Source: the human T2T-CHM13v2.0 reference genome, Homo sapiens. From it: a stretch of 64,000 nucleotides of DNA. Of the stretch, positions 1 to 12,682 are shown piece after piece. The stretch lies in assembly GCF_009914755.1 (NCBI RefSeq), contig NC_060926.1. One strand, written 5' to 3'. The notes under the pieces are model-generated. The model made no database searches. It saw only the letters and a program-made list of their open reading frames with translations, and was not told the DNA's origin. The position numbers and the translations under genes are program-made. Within the stretch, counting starts at the first letter, position 1; each line of letters starts with the position of its first letter.

Positions 1-440
1 GTAAACAGTGGAAAGATATTCAGACATAGAACAGGAGAAGCGAGAATCAGAAGCTTTTCCAAAAATAGTTACCAGGGATTAGCAAGTTACTCCGTACACA
101 AGATCCTGTGCTAATACAGAATTAATAGTCTTTACCTTTTCATAATGATGCATTGTAATTTTATAAAATCAGAAAATAAGATAATATTAAATTCCTATAA
201 ATAGTCGGAGACATCTGCTAATCCAATGATAACTCTCATTAGTATTTGAACATTTGATATGGGTTTTACCAAACTATTTTTCTATGCAGTAATGCACTTC
301 AGAGAAGAATCATAAGAGGTAAATAGCATAAGCGTACCTTTGGGTATGAGTAAACCTTCTCATACCTGAATAACCTTCTCAGGGACACTGAGTTTTCCGT
401 TACCTTTAGCCATTATCAAATGCATAAAATCCCTGCAAGT

Positions 441-560
441 TTTCATTCACTCATCCATTTATTTAACCCACAGTGAGTGCTTCCAATGTCCAGGTGCTGA
501 GCTGACTGCCAGGAAAACAGGACCCCTTTCTACTAAGGGATCATCCAATAAAGTATGGGA
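441..560 (-). mobile_element. L2 LINE 3' end fragment
   Basis: TTCATTCACTCATCCATTTATTTAAC...GAGTGCTTCCAATGTCCAGGTGCTG resembles the reverse complement of the L2 3' terminus. Confidence 0.45.
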
Positions 561-769
561 TAATCAGTCTACTGAGAGAAAATCCATTAAGTTCTAGCAT
601 CTAGAGTGCACATTCCAGGCGATATTATAGTTCATACCAATAAATCAATGGAAAACATTTACCATGGTTGCAAACTTCCCAGAATTGAACATTTAAAAAT
701 ATAAAGAGCGTGTGACTATACTACACTTGCAAGACAGTCTATAACTTTTGTTGTCCGTCTTTCTGGGAT

Positions 770-1100
770 GAACTTCTCAATGGTTCTTTCCTTGACTAAC
801 TTCTCTTTTAAGTCTCAGCTCCAATGCCTCTTCCTCCTCAGAGAGGTCACTAGTAATCATCCTGTTTGAAGAAGCACCTGTTAACCAAATAAATCACTCT
901 ATCATGTCATTCTATTTATTTCCTTCAGAGGATTAATTATAATCTAACTGCATTTATTTGTTTACTATCTATTACTTGTCTACATCACTAGAATCTAAAC
1001 TGTTGAGAGCAGAGGCATTATTTATTTTCTTCACAGCTATATGCTTAGCACTTAAACCCCCACACTTAATAATCACTTAATATATAATTTATTAAATAAG
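770..1100 (+). mobile_element. L2 LINE 3' region
   Basis: AAGTCTCAGCTCCAATGCCTCTTCCTC...CACTAGAATCTAAACTGTTGAGAGCAGAGG...TTAGCACTTAAA are typical L2a/b 3' motifs. Confidence 0.7.
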
Positions 1101-1144
1101 CTAGCCCTAGTCTTCAAGTCTGCACCAACACATAAGATAGTAGT

Positions 1145-1957
1145 TACATCACTTAGGATGCTTTAAGCTGCAGAAAACTGAAACCCAAAGCCAAGTGGCT
1201 TACATAGTCCCAAACATGTATTATCTTACAACAAGAAGTTCAGAGGTAAGGATGCACCAGAGTGCACTTGGCTTCTCAATGATATCATTAAGAATCCAGA
1301 TTCATTCTGTCTCTCAGTTTTCTCATATCAGGAAGTTGACCCTTCCATAGGTCAGCTCATCTTGTGTTTGCAAGATTCTGCGGCAGTTCTGGGTTATTAT
1401 ATCCATTTTTGAAAACATACGGAGGAAGAAATGGGACTATCACTTACTCAGTGATTCCTACAATCCATAAATAAACTTTTCTGGATGACACTCAGCAAAC
1501 TTCTCATCAAAGCTCAGTGTTTGCAATTTTGTTGCACATCTACAAATAATCCAATCACAAGGGAAACAAGGCCATGATGACTGATTCACACCAAAGATTT
1601 CCAAACTCTTTGATTGTGACCCACGATAGAATTGTTTTTACATTGACACCAAGTACATATGTATACATAATTTTTTAAGTTTTTATGAGATTTTTCTTAG
1701 CCTGTCTCTAATCTGTATGTAACCTGATATTTCCTATTCTATGTAATTTGAGGCACAATAATATGACCCACTGATTTGATTTTAGGATTTACTAATTATT
1801 GTGATTCATAGTTGGAATAATGTTGTCCTAGACCAATAACAATCTACTTCAAATGCTAGGCTGTGAATCAGTTGAAGTAAGAGTAGATGTGCAAACTAAA
1901 TTAAAATTAGGGAAAAAACGAAAGTGGCCTTTGGTGGAGGCAAATAGCATCTGCTCA
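1145..1957 (-). mobile_element. old MaLR LTR (MLT1K/L-like), interrupted by a DNA-transposon fragment
   Basis: TTAGGATGCTTTAAGCTGCAGAAAACTGAAACCC...AACAAGAAGTTCAGAGGTAAGG...AAGAATCCAGATTCATTCTGTCT matches the reverse of an MLT1 3' end. Confidence 0.6.
1591..1826. mobile_element. hAT-Charlie-type non-autonomous DNA transposon fragment
   Basis: TTGTGACCCACGATAGAA...TGACCCACTGATTTGATTT...CATAGTTGGAATAATGTTG; family not resolved. Confidence 0.4.
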
Positions 1958-3149
1958 GTTTTTACTTAGTAATTTTTATTTATATTTTTAATTTTAATTT
2001 TCACATTACATTGTTATATCACATGATATATCTAATATTAATTGTAACAAAGATTCTCAATATGTAAAACTATCAAAGACAATAGGTTAGGAATCAAATA
2101 AATTTCTAGAGCCAAATCAAAAGGAAAAGTATATAAGGACTGTTTATTTTTTGTTGTTTATTTGTTTAGAAAATGTTACTTAAAATGGCAGAAATTAGAG
2201 CTTAAGTGTTGGGCCCACAAAAAATACCAAGTAAGTGGGACCCTCTCAGTTTCTTTGAAACTTGTCATAAACCATGCTGACATCCCCAGGAGGCCTCTGA
2301 AAACCCTCCAGTTGGCTCTCTTGCTGATAATGAGTTGCGCTACATTGATGTTCGCTGTCCAAGGTATTCTCACCAAAATACTACAGAGAATGGTCTCCTC
2401 CCCTATGTCTCTGAAACAGACAAACTCAAGTCTTCTTGGCTAGTCCTGTGAGCTAACAAATTGCATCCTTCTAGCCACTTTCTCAATCTTCTCTTCAGTT
2501 TTACTTCTTAAATATGTATCTATCTCCATTTCCTTCTAGCTATATCTTTTTTATTTAAAAAAATCCCATTATTTCAATATGTACAATAGACATTTTGATT
2601 CAGTTACAATGTTGTGTCATTTCTCTGTTATAAGACAGAATCAAAGAGTGCTACAAAACTGGATTATTTATATAACCAAACATAATCACTTCCATCCCCA
2701 ATATTTTATTTAATTTTAATTATTTCCATGAAATGTAAACTGTATTATAGAATTACTTGTCATAATAAAATATGCCAAGAATCTAACCTTTTGTTGATTC
2801 AAGATGATTATAAGAGATGGAATTTATTTTGTAATACTTTAATACAGAAATCCTACATGTATTTACTGAAAACATTTTGATAAATAAAATAAGAAAATGA
2901 ATGCAGCACTCAGCACACACCAAAATAGAGCATGGCCAGGGAAGGAAGAAATAAAAGAAAGACAAAATAATCTATGGAGAAAAAAATTGAAGTATTAGTG
3001 CTATCCCAAGGAGACTAGGTTTTCTAAATTTCTGATATCCTCATTGATCCCAGTCTTAAGCAAGCTATATATGTATGAAGTCTATATAGAGAGATGTGTT
3101 TGTGTGTAATGTTCTGGCACATATTTTCATCGTATTCTTGTACTCTACA

Positions 3150-3260
3150 CTATCAAATGGGTAAGCTGAGGCATGGCATAGTTAAATGATAACATCTTAG
3201 AATCTGTGACAGATTTGGAATTCAATGGCAGATTTGGTCCTGTATCCAAACCTACTTTCT
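3150..3260 (-). mobile_element. MIR fragment
   Basis: CAAATGGGTAAGCTGAGGCATGGCATAGTTAAATGA resembles the reversed MIR core (AGATGAGGAAACTGAGGCACAGAGAGGTTAAGTGA). Confidence 0.45.
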
Positions 3261-4111
3261 GTGACCTCATATGTTCCCTTTGAATCAGGCCTAAGAATAG
3301 TCTTGACACCACAGAGAGCACCCTCCCTGGCCATGTGATAACCAGGGCAAGGAAAAGCCAGGCTCACCTTGAGAGGAATGTGGCTCTGCACCAGGTATTT
3401 CAGGGTCACTCAGCAGGTTTATTTTTGCTATTCTGCTGGCCTTTCCTCCCTGGCCATGGCCCAGAACACTCCAGGCTCTGTCATCGTTTTGCACCGCACA
3501 GAGCAGCCCATTGGCCTTAATACCTGAAGCCACAGCTGTATTTCAGGACCTGTTATAATCAACCTCAGGCTTCCTAAGGCATTGCTTTTCCTCTCTGCCT
3601 TCTACAAAAGGTGACAGATGGCACTATTACATCACATTCAGCTTTTGGGGGAAGTAAGCTTAATAAACTATGCAATAATCTCTATCAGAGCCCAAGAAAA
3701 CAATGGGCCAGGGAGTCAGAGATCAGCTGCCCAATTTCTCAAAAAGGAAATAGATTGATTCCAGTAAATCTAGCCCTGCGAAGACAAGGAAACGTGGTAT
3801 TCTTTATCACCCCCATTCAGCAACACCAGCAATTTGAGCTTTGCATTTTCCTATTATGTTACCTGGAAAGTCACTAGTAAATACAGATGGATATTAAAAT
3901 AGTTTGTGTTCAGGATAACATAAAGTAATGTAATAATATGAACAAGAGTAGATTAAATGTAAATGTAATAAAATCACAGTGCCAACACTCTGTCATAAGA
4001 CACGGAAAGGAGCACAACATACTTGACATGTTTTCAGGGTAGGCATTGCAAATCCTCAAATTACAAAATTTTTCTGTATTATGATGTGTCTTGGATAATT
4101 AGAGAAAACAT

Positions 4112-4740
4112 AATTTGAGATCAGAAAACTTGAATTTTAATCCTGGCTTTGCCACTAGTTAGTGTTAACCTAAATAACAGACAGAGAGAGACTCTCTAAA
4201 ACAGAATGATATTTATTCAGTAATGGTTATTGCAATGAAAATACCCATTCCATAGTAAACTGTATGTGTATTCAAGGAGGTAAAGGAAGACAAAGTTTTT
4301 TCTTAAAAAAAAAGTTACGTAGCTCTTTTGAGAAAATTATCCTTGGCTATAAGGATCAGCAACAAGTATGATGTCAGTTTGATGTTGGACAGGCAATTGT
4401 TGGGCAAATGACCTGGTGAGTTTTGTTTTTTTTGTTTGTGTGTTTGTAAGGTTGCAATGGCCTTTGTGCAAGGTTGTGGTGTTTGCAGAGTCTTTTGTGG
4501 TAGCCTTGTTATCAGGCATTCACGCATGAGAAACCTTTTTCATGGCCTTCCTTGGCCCTATTTGTCTGTTTTTAACACAAGTGATTCCATTTGCATTCAC
4601 TTTCACATTAGCTATCTTCTCTTTGGCAAATCACTTATCTTTCTTGGTACTTCAGTATCTTTGCTACAGAATGGGAAGAAAGAGTTCTCACTAGATGATC
4701 TACAAGATCCCTTCCAATTCTGAATTTTTTTATTCATATG
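4112..4740 (+). mobile_element. MIR3/MIRc SINE split by an LTR insertion
   Basis: 5' part GATCAGAAAACTTGAATTTTAATCCTGGCTTTGCCACTAG; 3' part TTGGCAAATCACTTATCT...CTAGATGATCTACAAGATCCCTTCCAATTCTGA resumes after the LTR. Confidence 0.65.
4163..4607 (-). mobile_element. ERV1 solo LTR, MER65-like
   Basis: TG...CA termini; perfect 4-bp TSD TTAG (4159-4162, 4608-4611); minus strand reads TGTGAAAG...CACAAAAGACTCTGCAAACACCACAACCTTGCACAAAGGCCATTGCAACC; AATAAA near the 3' end. Confidence 0.85.
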
Positions 4741-5748
4741 TAACCCACCAAGGCTTCACCATCCTGCAAATATAAATGAGGTCATGTATATGCTGACATT
4801 GCAGTTACGTAAACTTATTAGCCTCCATTTGCTGAACTGCGGGCCCTCAGCACCCATGCTATTTTCTGCAAAGTTAGCCCCAGCTATTTCTGGCTAAGGT
4901 GGCATAGCAAGTGTTGGTTGGGTTCTATCTTGATCCTCTGAAGTTTCTTTTACTGTTTCTGTGTGTCCACCCCCAACTTCTGAGAGCTTTGTTTCTAAGG
5001 TGTAACACCTGCAGTTTTCTTCAGAGTACTATATCCTTGGGCTAGCTGAGCTCTTTTGCCTGCTCACCAAATGCCCGGAGGCCTTGAGACAATGGCTGAC
5101 TTAAATTAGTGAGGCAGTTTCAGAGCCCAACTCCCTTGTTGCAAAAAAGCACAAACTCTGTGGTGTCAGGAGCCTTCTGTGAGGGTCCTCATCCTCATCC
5201 TGAAGACCCTCACAGAACCTCACCTGAGATCCTTTTCGCCCTGTTTTTCCTATTCTCTGGGATGTTTCATGGATGCTTTGGAAAAATCCCCCTTTCTCTT
5301 CTCAGCTGGCATTCTCCTGGATGTTTTCTGTCTGCAAGCCACTTGAGGGCTGTGCCTTGTGGGGTCATGGCTGGAGGTGACCTCACTGGGCACACTGCTA
5401 CTCTACCAAGGATGTGGCCTTCCAGGGCATCCCCAGACGGCAAATATGCCAGATATCAAGGGGCACTGCCTCCTCTCCAGCCCTCTTTGTACCACTTGAA
5501 TCATGGGGAGCTCTTGTCAGAAATGGGATGTGTTTTTCTCCAGTTGTGTTCTGTTTTGCTATCTACACTCAGAGCTGAGCTGCTGGTTCTCTGCATTTCA
5601 TAAAGCTTCCTGTGTAATTCAGATCTCTCTCTTTAGTGTGCTCCTATTAGTGGTCAAGCCTAGTCACTGAGAGGAGGCAGGAAAAAAGAAACATCATCCT
5701 CGTTTCTCCATCTTCCCATCTCTGTCCTCTACATGCTACGTTTTGCAG

Positions 5749-5926
5749 GTAGATTCCTGAAGAGCTACTGGCATCACGTTCAATCTAATTTCTTGTTGCT
5801 AACATTTGAAATCATCTTCTAGATGTAGATAGATCAGAACTCAAAATCTAGCACTTCATGGTCTCTCTCTAATGCTGTCTTATCACCAAGACAATCAACT
5901 TCATAAAAATGGTCCACCCAAAACAG
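5749..5926 (+). other. candidate non-coding exon (acceptors at 5748 or 5822; donor at 5927)
   Basis: pyrimidine tract 5701-5748 ending TTTTGCAG; branch-point-like TGCTAAC ~20 nt before the second AG; CAG|GTGAGT donor; stops in all frames. Confidence 0.3.
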
Positions 5927-6289
5927 GTGAGTGGAAAAACCACTTCATTTATAGGACAGCTACATTTTTTTTAATCTGCTAATATAAAGTGATGAGTAAC
6001 TAATTTATTTTCATAGATTTTACCTTAAATCCTCATCCGGATGTACATTTCCTTTTTTGTTACATTCTTCAAGAATCCATGAAGTAATAATATTCATTAA
6101 TTTTATATTTGTTACTCGATAATGACAAACAAATGTTCATTGAGCATCTCCAGGAGGACATTTTAATTTATCTAGTACTGAAATAATACCAATAGTCCTA
6201 TTTGTTCTGGGGCTCCTCAGACAAACTTGGGCAAGGTAGAAGACATCCAGGTTAGTGGTACAAAACCTAGATTAGAAATAGCACCATTA

Positions 6290-6611
<322 letters not shown>

Positions 6612-7230
6612 TTAAAACATGACATGCACAGGAAACAAGACTTAATACTCTACCATTAACTTCCTTTTAAATAAGCCACAGTATGCAGGAATAAAAGGGC
6701 CATCACATTTGCCTCTTGCTTTTATGTGCAATACATCCTTCACATGAGATCAGCTCCTTTATTTAAATCAACAACATCTTATCAGTATTTTCCTCTTATT
6801 TATTGTTTTGTCTTCCTACATCTAAAATAATTATGCATGTCAACGTTTATTAACTAGGCAGTGGAATAGAAAATATAAGTTTTATTTTCAGTATTTTCAT
6901 TGACTTGTGTGTGAACTGGGTTAGACACTTCATCAGCAGGAAACAATAGCATTTATTATGCTCTATCCTGCAAGGAACCTGGTTTTAGGTATTCTGATAA
7001 AGTAATTTTTCTGGGGAAAAGGCATGGTTTCTGTTTATAATCTAAGAAAGCAATGTAGAGGCAGACAGAACAAGCATTGTTCAAACACATACAACCTGCT
7101 TTTAAATACACATTCTTCATATGGCTTTTATAAAATTTTCCTTTGGTAATAACTTTTAAGGAGGCAAAAAGTTGGCAAGAATAAGATTAAATCAAAATGC
7201 CCTAAATAATATGGCCAAAGTCACTTTAGA

Positions 7231-7365
7231 GAAATGGTTCTTAAACTTGGGGGAGGGGGATCATCAATTCCAGAAAAAAAAATCTGTGTGTATAAATATC
7301 GACATTTGGTAGAAAATATTGAGATTTTCAGATCTCCTTTTTTGAACCCCAATTTAAGAACTCCA
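7231..7365. mobile_element. short hAT MITE (Charlie4z/MER5-like)
   Basis: imperfect terminal inverted repeats ATGGTTCTTAAACTTGGGG ... CCCCAATTTAAGAACT. Confidence 0.4.
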
Positions 7366-7495
7366 ATTACAGTTTTCCAGAAACAGTTTACAAAATGCTC
7401 AATCTTGCTAAAATAGAATAATATTTACTAAAACTGTATGACCTTTTCTCCCTTTTCCTTTTCCATTTCTTCACTTTTCTTTCTCCCTAAAAAAT

Positions 7496-7500
7496 TTCTC

Positions 7501-7531
<31 letters not shown>

Positions 7532-7562
7532 TCCTGCCACCTCTCTCTCTCCTCTCTCTCCT
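7496..7562. repeat. (CT)n microsatellite, imperfect
   Basis: direct reading. Confidence 0.9.
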
Positions 7563-7907
7563 TTTGGTCTTCTGTGAGTTAGTTTCAAATACTAAACCAC
7601 CTACAATTTACTATACTTAACAAGAGTTTTGTAGTAAGGAAACAGAGATGAAAAAAAAACACACACACAAGGCTTTTCATTTCTCCTCTCCCTCCTGCAC
7701 GTGATGATACTGGATATGACCAACCCTAATCCATATCATATTATCTTCTCCCTGTGCCTTGCCCTAGAGACCACAGCTACCTGGAAGACTTTGCTCTGAA
7801 ATATAAAAACTTCTGACTTTGGCATCTAGACATTGCTAAGTATGTGTGCACTCACTCTCCATGAGGAGTGTCTCATCTCAGTGTTTCAAGCTATGCTCCT
7901 GAATTTC

Positions 7908-8651
7908 TGTATTATTTAGAGTGACACTAGCTGCTGTAACTAAACACCCAACCCCCAATATTTCACTGGCTTAACCCATGAAAAGTTAATTTCTTGCCCA
8001 GAATAGATGTTCTGTTCACAATAGTTCAGAGCAAATGCTCCTGTCCTCTATGAGTGAGTCAGGACTGTTCTTTCTGGTCATTCAGGACCCAGCATGGCAT
8101 GGAAAAAAAAAAAAGAGGGCAGGACTGGCCCATCTGTGGCTTAACCCCTAGGCCTGGAAGTGCCACAATCATTCCCACACATGTTATTGTAAGTGAAAAC
8201 CAGTCACATGGCACCTAGAAGTGAATAGATGGGCCGGACATAGTGGTTCACTCCTGTAATCCCAGCACTTTGGGAGGCTGAGGCAGGAGGATGGCTTGAG
8301 GCCGGGAATTTGAGACCAGCCTGGGCAATATAGCAAGACCCTATCTCTACAAAACCGTTTTTGAAAATTACCTGGGCATGGTGGCACATGCCTGGAGTCC
8401 CAGCTCTTCAGGCTAGGCTAAAGGATCACTTGAGCTTAGGAGTTTGATGCTGCAGTGAGCTATGACCATGCCACTGCACTCCAGCCTGAGCAACAGAGTG
8501 AGATCCCATCTTAAAAAATAATAATAATGAAGAGGTGAAGATGGAGCTGGAAATCCTAGTCTTTGTCCTGGCAGCTGCTTCCAGCAACAATTCTACACTG
8601 TGGAAGGTCACCATGGATTTTTGGTGAACTGCCAGCCATCTTTGCTTAGCA
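7908..8651 (-). mobile_element. MaLR LTR (MLT1K-like), interrupted by AluJ
   Basis: TGTATTATTTAGAGTGACACTAGCTGCTGTAAC...; after the Alu, GGCAGCTGCTTCCCAGCAACAATTCTACACTGTGGAAGG...GATTTTTGGTGAACTGCCAGCCATCT. Confidence 0.7.
8232..8528 (+). mobile_element. AluJ
   Basis: J-diagnostic GGAGGATGGCTTGAGGCC...GGGCAATATAGCAAGACCC and GCTATGACCATGCC; decayed tail; TSD-like AGAAGTGAATAGATGG / AGAGGTGAAGATGG. Confidence 0.93.
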
Positions 8652-8719
8652 CCTTTTTGATAAGCAAGGTGTTTCTCATCCTGCTTTGCTTAGGAATCAC
8701 CGTTATGCACTACCCAGGT

Positions 8720-9725
8720 GTATATTTGTTGTTTGTTGCTGTGAAAAATAATTTCCCAAAATTTCATGACTTAAAACAACAAATACTTTGTATCTCATGT
8801 TTTCTATGAGTCAAGAGTGTTGATGTGGCTCAACCGGATGCCCGTGGCTCACGGTCTTTCATAGACATCAACAGACACTGCAGGGAGGATCCACTTACAA
8901 GCTCACTTTCCTGGCCACTTGCAGGCCTCACTTCCTCACTGGCGGTTGGTGGTAGATACAGGTGCCTGGCCACTAAGGTCTTTCCACTGGGAAACTCACA
9001 ACTTGGCAGCTGGCTTCCACTGTAATGAGCCATCAAGAGAGTGAGAAAGGAAACTCAAGGTAGAATTCACCATATTTTGTAGCCTATTCTTGTTAGTTTC
9101 ATCCTGTGAAATTAAATAATTCAAACTTAAAGCTGTTGGAACTTTAAATTATTTTAAACCTTAAGAGGAATGTGGCTATGTGGCCTGAGTCACAAAGCAT
9201 GAAGCTGCAAGTTCTGCTTTTCTGATTATAGATCATATCTCTTCCTCATTCTTGCCCTGTAAATGATTAGGAAAGGCTGAACGGCACCAGAGATAAGACC
9301 CATCAAAACCATTACCCCTCCCTACAGAAAGTTAAGGCAGTTTTCCTCCGAATGTAACCAATCAAATCACTATAACACATGTACTAACCTGTTTTGAAAA
9401 ATGCTGCAACCTTGTTAAGCTTCTCTGTCTTCGCCTATATAAATGAAACCTTACTTTCCCCACCTTGGAATGCTGACCCATTCTTTTGGAGTCTGTGTTT
9501 CCCAGGTGGCTACTCTTAAGCTCTGCACTCAAATAAACTTTATACTTAGTCATATTTCCCAAATCTCATCTTTTAAGGTTGATGATGTCATCAATATTGC
9601 TGCATTGTTTTAATTTGGAGCGAGTCACAGGTCCAATTCATGCTCAAACAAAGATCAGTACACAAGGTTATGAGTAGCAGGGAGCAGTGATGAGGGATCA
9701 TGTTCCAGGTTGCCCACTGACCACA
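8720..9725 (-). mobile_element. MaLR LTR (MLT1F/G/H-like), interrupted by an ERV1 LTR
   Basis: TTGCTGTGAAAAATAATTTCCCAAAATTTCATGACTTAAAACAAC at left, ...GGTTGCCCACTGACCACA at right; flanking GGTGT repeat is a possible TSD. Confidence 0.7.
9105..9584 (+). mobile_element. ERV1 solo LTR (LTR23/LTR24 group)
   Basis: TGTGAAATTAAATAATTCAAACTTAAAGCTGTTGGAACTTT start; AP-1 TGAGTCA 9186-9192; CCAAT ~9358; TATATAAA 9436-9443; AATAAA 9532-9537; ends TTTAAGGTTGA. Confidence 0.8.
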
Positions 9726-10304
9726 GGTGTGGGCAGAGAAGGCTCTCTATCTGTAGTCTCTAGCATTTAAAAATATGTAAACATCTCTCAACTTGTTTTG
9801 GTAACAGGAATGTAAGAAGGTGTCTAGACATCTAATTCTTTTCTAAAATAGAACTGGGAAAAGAGCCCGCCTGGTAGAAAGTAGTGGGTGATCAGGGTGG
9901 CCAGTTCAGGAGCCTGCACAGATTGGAGGCTCTTCTGGAACATGTGGCTGAGGCTGGGTTTTCTTGTTGCTCTCCTGTATGTCACAGTCTCACATATTTA
10001 TTTTCTTTAATTAAATTTATGTATTTTTGCTTCATATTACTTTTTTTTTTTTTACCTTAACTTTAACAATGAAAATTTCAAGATCCAGTAAATGGTCTAA
10101 GACAGGAGAAAATGGTAAAATATTTATATTCAACATATAGGCCCATTGAAAGCTGTGTTCTTTTCACTTAATAATTGACATATGCAAATTTTTAAATACC
10201 ATAATTGCTTTACACTCTATTCATTATTTTAATTTTTTTCAATTCTTAATTTTAAAACATTGTTTTTATTCTAGTAAAAGAGAATTAGAATTTATCATTT
10301 TAAC

Positions 10305-10608
<304 letters not shown>

Positions 10609-10609
10609 T

Positions 10610-10730
10610 ATTTTCACCATTTTTAGGCATACAATTCAGTGGCATTAAATATGTATATATTTTGTGCAACCACTACTACAAACCATTGCCAGAACTTTTT
10701 CATCTTCCCTGAGTGACACTCTGTACCCCT
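10610..10730 (-). mobile_element. L1MB-type 3' end fragment (host of the Alu)
   Basis: CATACAATTCAGTGGCATTAAATATG...GTGCAACCACT...CCAGAACTTTTTCATCTTCCC. Confidence 0.7.
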
Positions 10731-11506
10731 TACTGATTTTTATAACAGGGTTCTAATCACTTAACTGTCATTTTCTTCTCTCTCCTTAAAAATCTTTTTG
10801 ACTTTGATTCTTTTTCTAATTTATATAGTCTTTGGCTTCCTATCTAAAAAGCAGCTGTTCATTCTTAAAAATAATCAAGAGATTAGAGTTTTATTCAGTT
10901 TTATTTAAGGAGATAATATGACTAGGAGTTTCGTTCCATTATATTCAAGAAGCTAAGATGGTTTAACTCCTTGGCTGCTCCTAGCACCTCAAAACCATAG
11001 CTGGGTGTATTTCAATGACACCTGCAGGTTTAACTTGCTCTAGTCCATGAGACCTTATTAAACTCCTAAGAATAATAAATAACAACAATCTACATGTTTA
11101 GCTGAGCCACTCTTTATTCATCTCTTTTGTAGCTAAGTCGCTCTTTTCATCCTGATTCTAGTGAATAGACCTTTGCTTTATTCTTCGTGACCACGTATCA
11201 GGGTTCTAGGAGCCAGGCATTTTCTTCCAGAACTTTCTACCTGTTGCTCTGGTTCCCATGACCAGCTCCAAGCGTGCTCTTCCCAGAGTTTGAGGGAGGT
11301 ACAGACATGTACATGAAACTCCATTGCTTTGTCTCTACTTCTTGTCATCAGAGCCCTTTCTTATCCTCTCTACTATCTCACACCTGGATCTTTCTGGATC
11401 CTCTATCTTGTCAAATGGAGCTTTCTTATCTCTGGGTCCTGACCATTCTTTTTTGTCTATCCTGCTGAAGCCCAAACCTATGCTCTGTTACTTTCTGTCT
11501 TTCACA

Positions 11507-11606
11507 TTCTTCTGGGACAGTAAAACCATTTTGAGTTTGGACCAAAAGATGAATACTTTTGGTCATAGCATTCAAAATGGAATGAATACTGTTCCTTCCA
11601 GAAGGA
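11507..11606. other. long imperfect inverted repeat / RNA hairpin (pre-miRNA-like or palindromic MITE relic)
   Basis: 11526-11548 pairs with 11556-11580 (23 pairs including G-U, two 1-nt bulges, 7-nt loop); 11514-11522 pairs with 11587-11595. Confidence 0.6.
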
Positions 11607-11671
11607 AGAGGTAAGAAGAACTCGTTTTTGATGCATGTGTCTAAATTCTAATTCTGTATGTCCAACATAGA

Positions 11672-12105
11672 CTGTTATTTGTCCAACTAAAATCTGTTCT
11701 GCTTTTTCCAGAGTACTAGTGTATATCTGGGTGCTGAGTTGCTTAGGCACACCACATCTTCCTGCCTCTTGGTAGTGAGGTGTGGCCATGCAACTAAATT
11801 CTCATCAATGGGATATGAGCAGAAGTCAAATGTGTAGCTTCTGCCTTACTTCCTTAGAAAACACTTGCTCTGAAACCACTCTTCACTTGTCTTTCTGCTA
11901 GCTGAAAATGAGAACAAGAGAGTTCCCTTGGAAGCTACATTGGAGATGACAGAACTGCCTTTCTGTCCAAAGCATGGCTTCCTGAAATAGAAGCCACCTT
12001 CCTGCTCTGTGCCATGAAGAGACACAAAATAAACTTCTGTTTTGCTGAACCATGATCTTTGGGTCTCCTTGTTACATCAACTCAGATTTCATTCTAGTGG
12101 CTACA
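11672..12105 (+). mobile_element. MaLR LTR (MLT1I/J-like)
   Basis: GTGAGGTGTGGCCATGCAACTAAATTCTCATCAATGGGATATGAGCAGAAGT...AAATAAACTTCTGTTTTGCTGAACCA...TTGTTACATCA. Confidence 0.75.
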
Positions 12106-12682
12106 ACATAATTGATAGAAATCTTATAATTGCTCATTGGTTAACAGATCCAAATATTTCTCATTTTCTCCACAGGTTTGGGTAGCTTTTTGAAGGCTAA
12201 TTGTATTTAAATAAGAAATAATTAAAATATTGCATATGCTAGAAATCAGTCAAACTTCTGCTTTGTTATTTGCCTCTCTGCTACTTCTTTCTCAGTAGGC
12301 AGGATGGGGGACAGGAGAAACATTAGGTGACACTTGGGCTTCACGGGCTGAAGTCAATTTTATCTTCCAGATATAATAATGATTGATTATCACTCAATTT
12401 TCAAGATATGGCAATATGCTGACATGAGAACCAAATCACTTGTTAAAGGAATCTGATTGACCATATTACATTCTCATGGACAGATATTGCATATATAATT
12501 TTCACAGCAGCTGCTTGCATTTTTTTAGGCAGCAGACATTGAATTAAACTGAAGAAGCAAGTACAGAGAGTGGCAAATGTCTAAGGCAAATGGCAAAGTG
12601 AACTGAGTCAATTATTATTTTAAAAGCTTCATGATTTTTAGACAATGATGTTCTTAGAAAGAATATAAGGAACTTCTCTATG

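Noticed and set aside
2281-2450. Open frame with natural-looking peptide (EASENPPVGSLADNELRYIDVRCP...)
   Set aside because: No strong acceptor, no protein I recognise, and no poly(A) or TSD to suggest a retrocopy
5109-5603. 164-aa ORF
   Set aside because: GTG start, no recognisable domain, composition of random sequence; may overlap an old LTR I could not name
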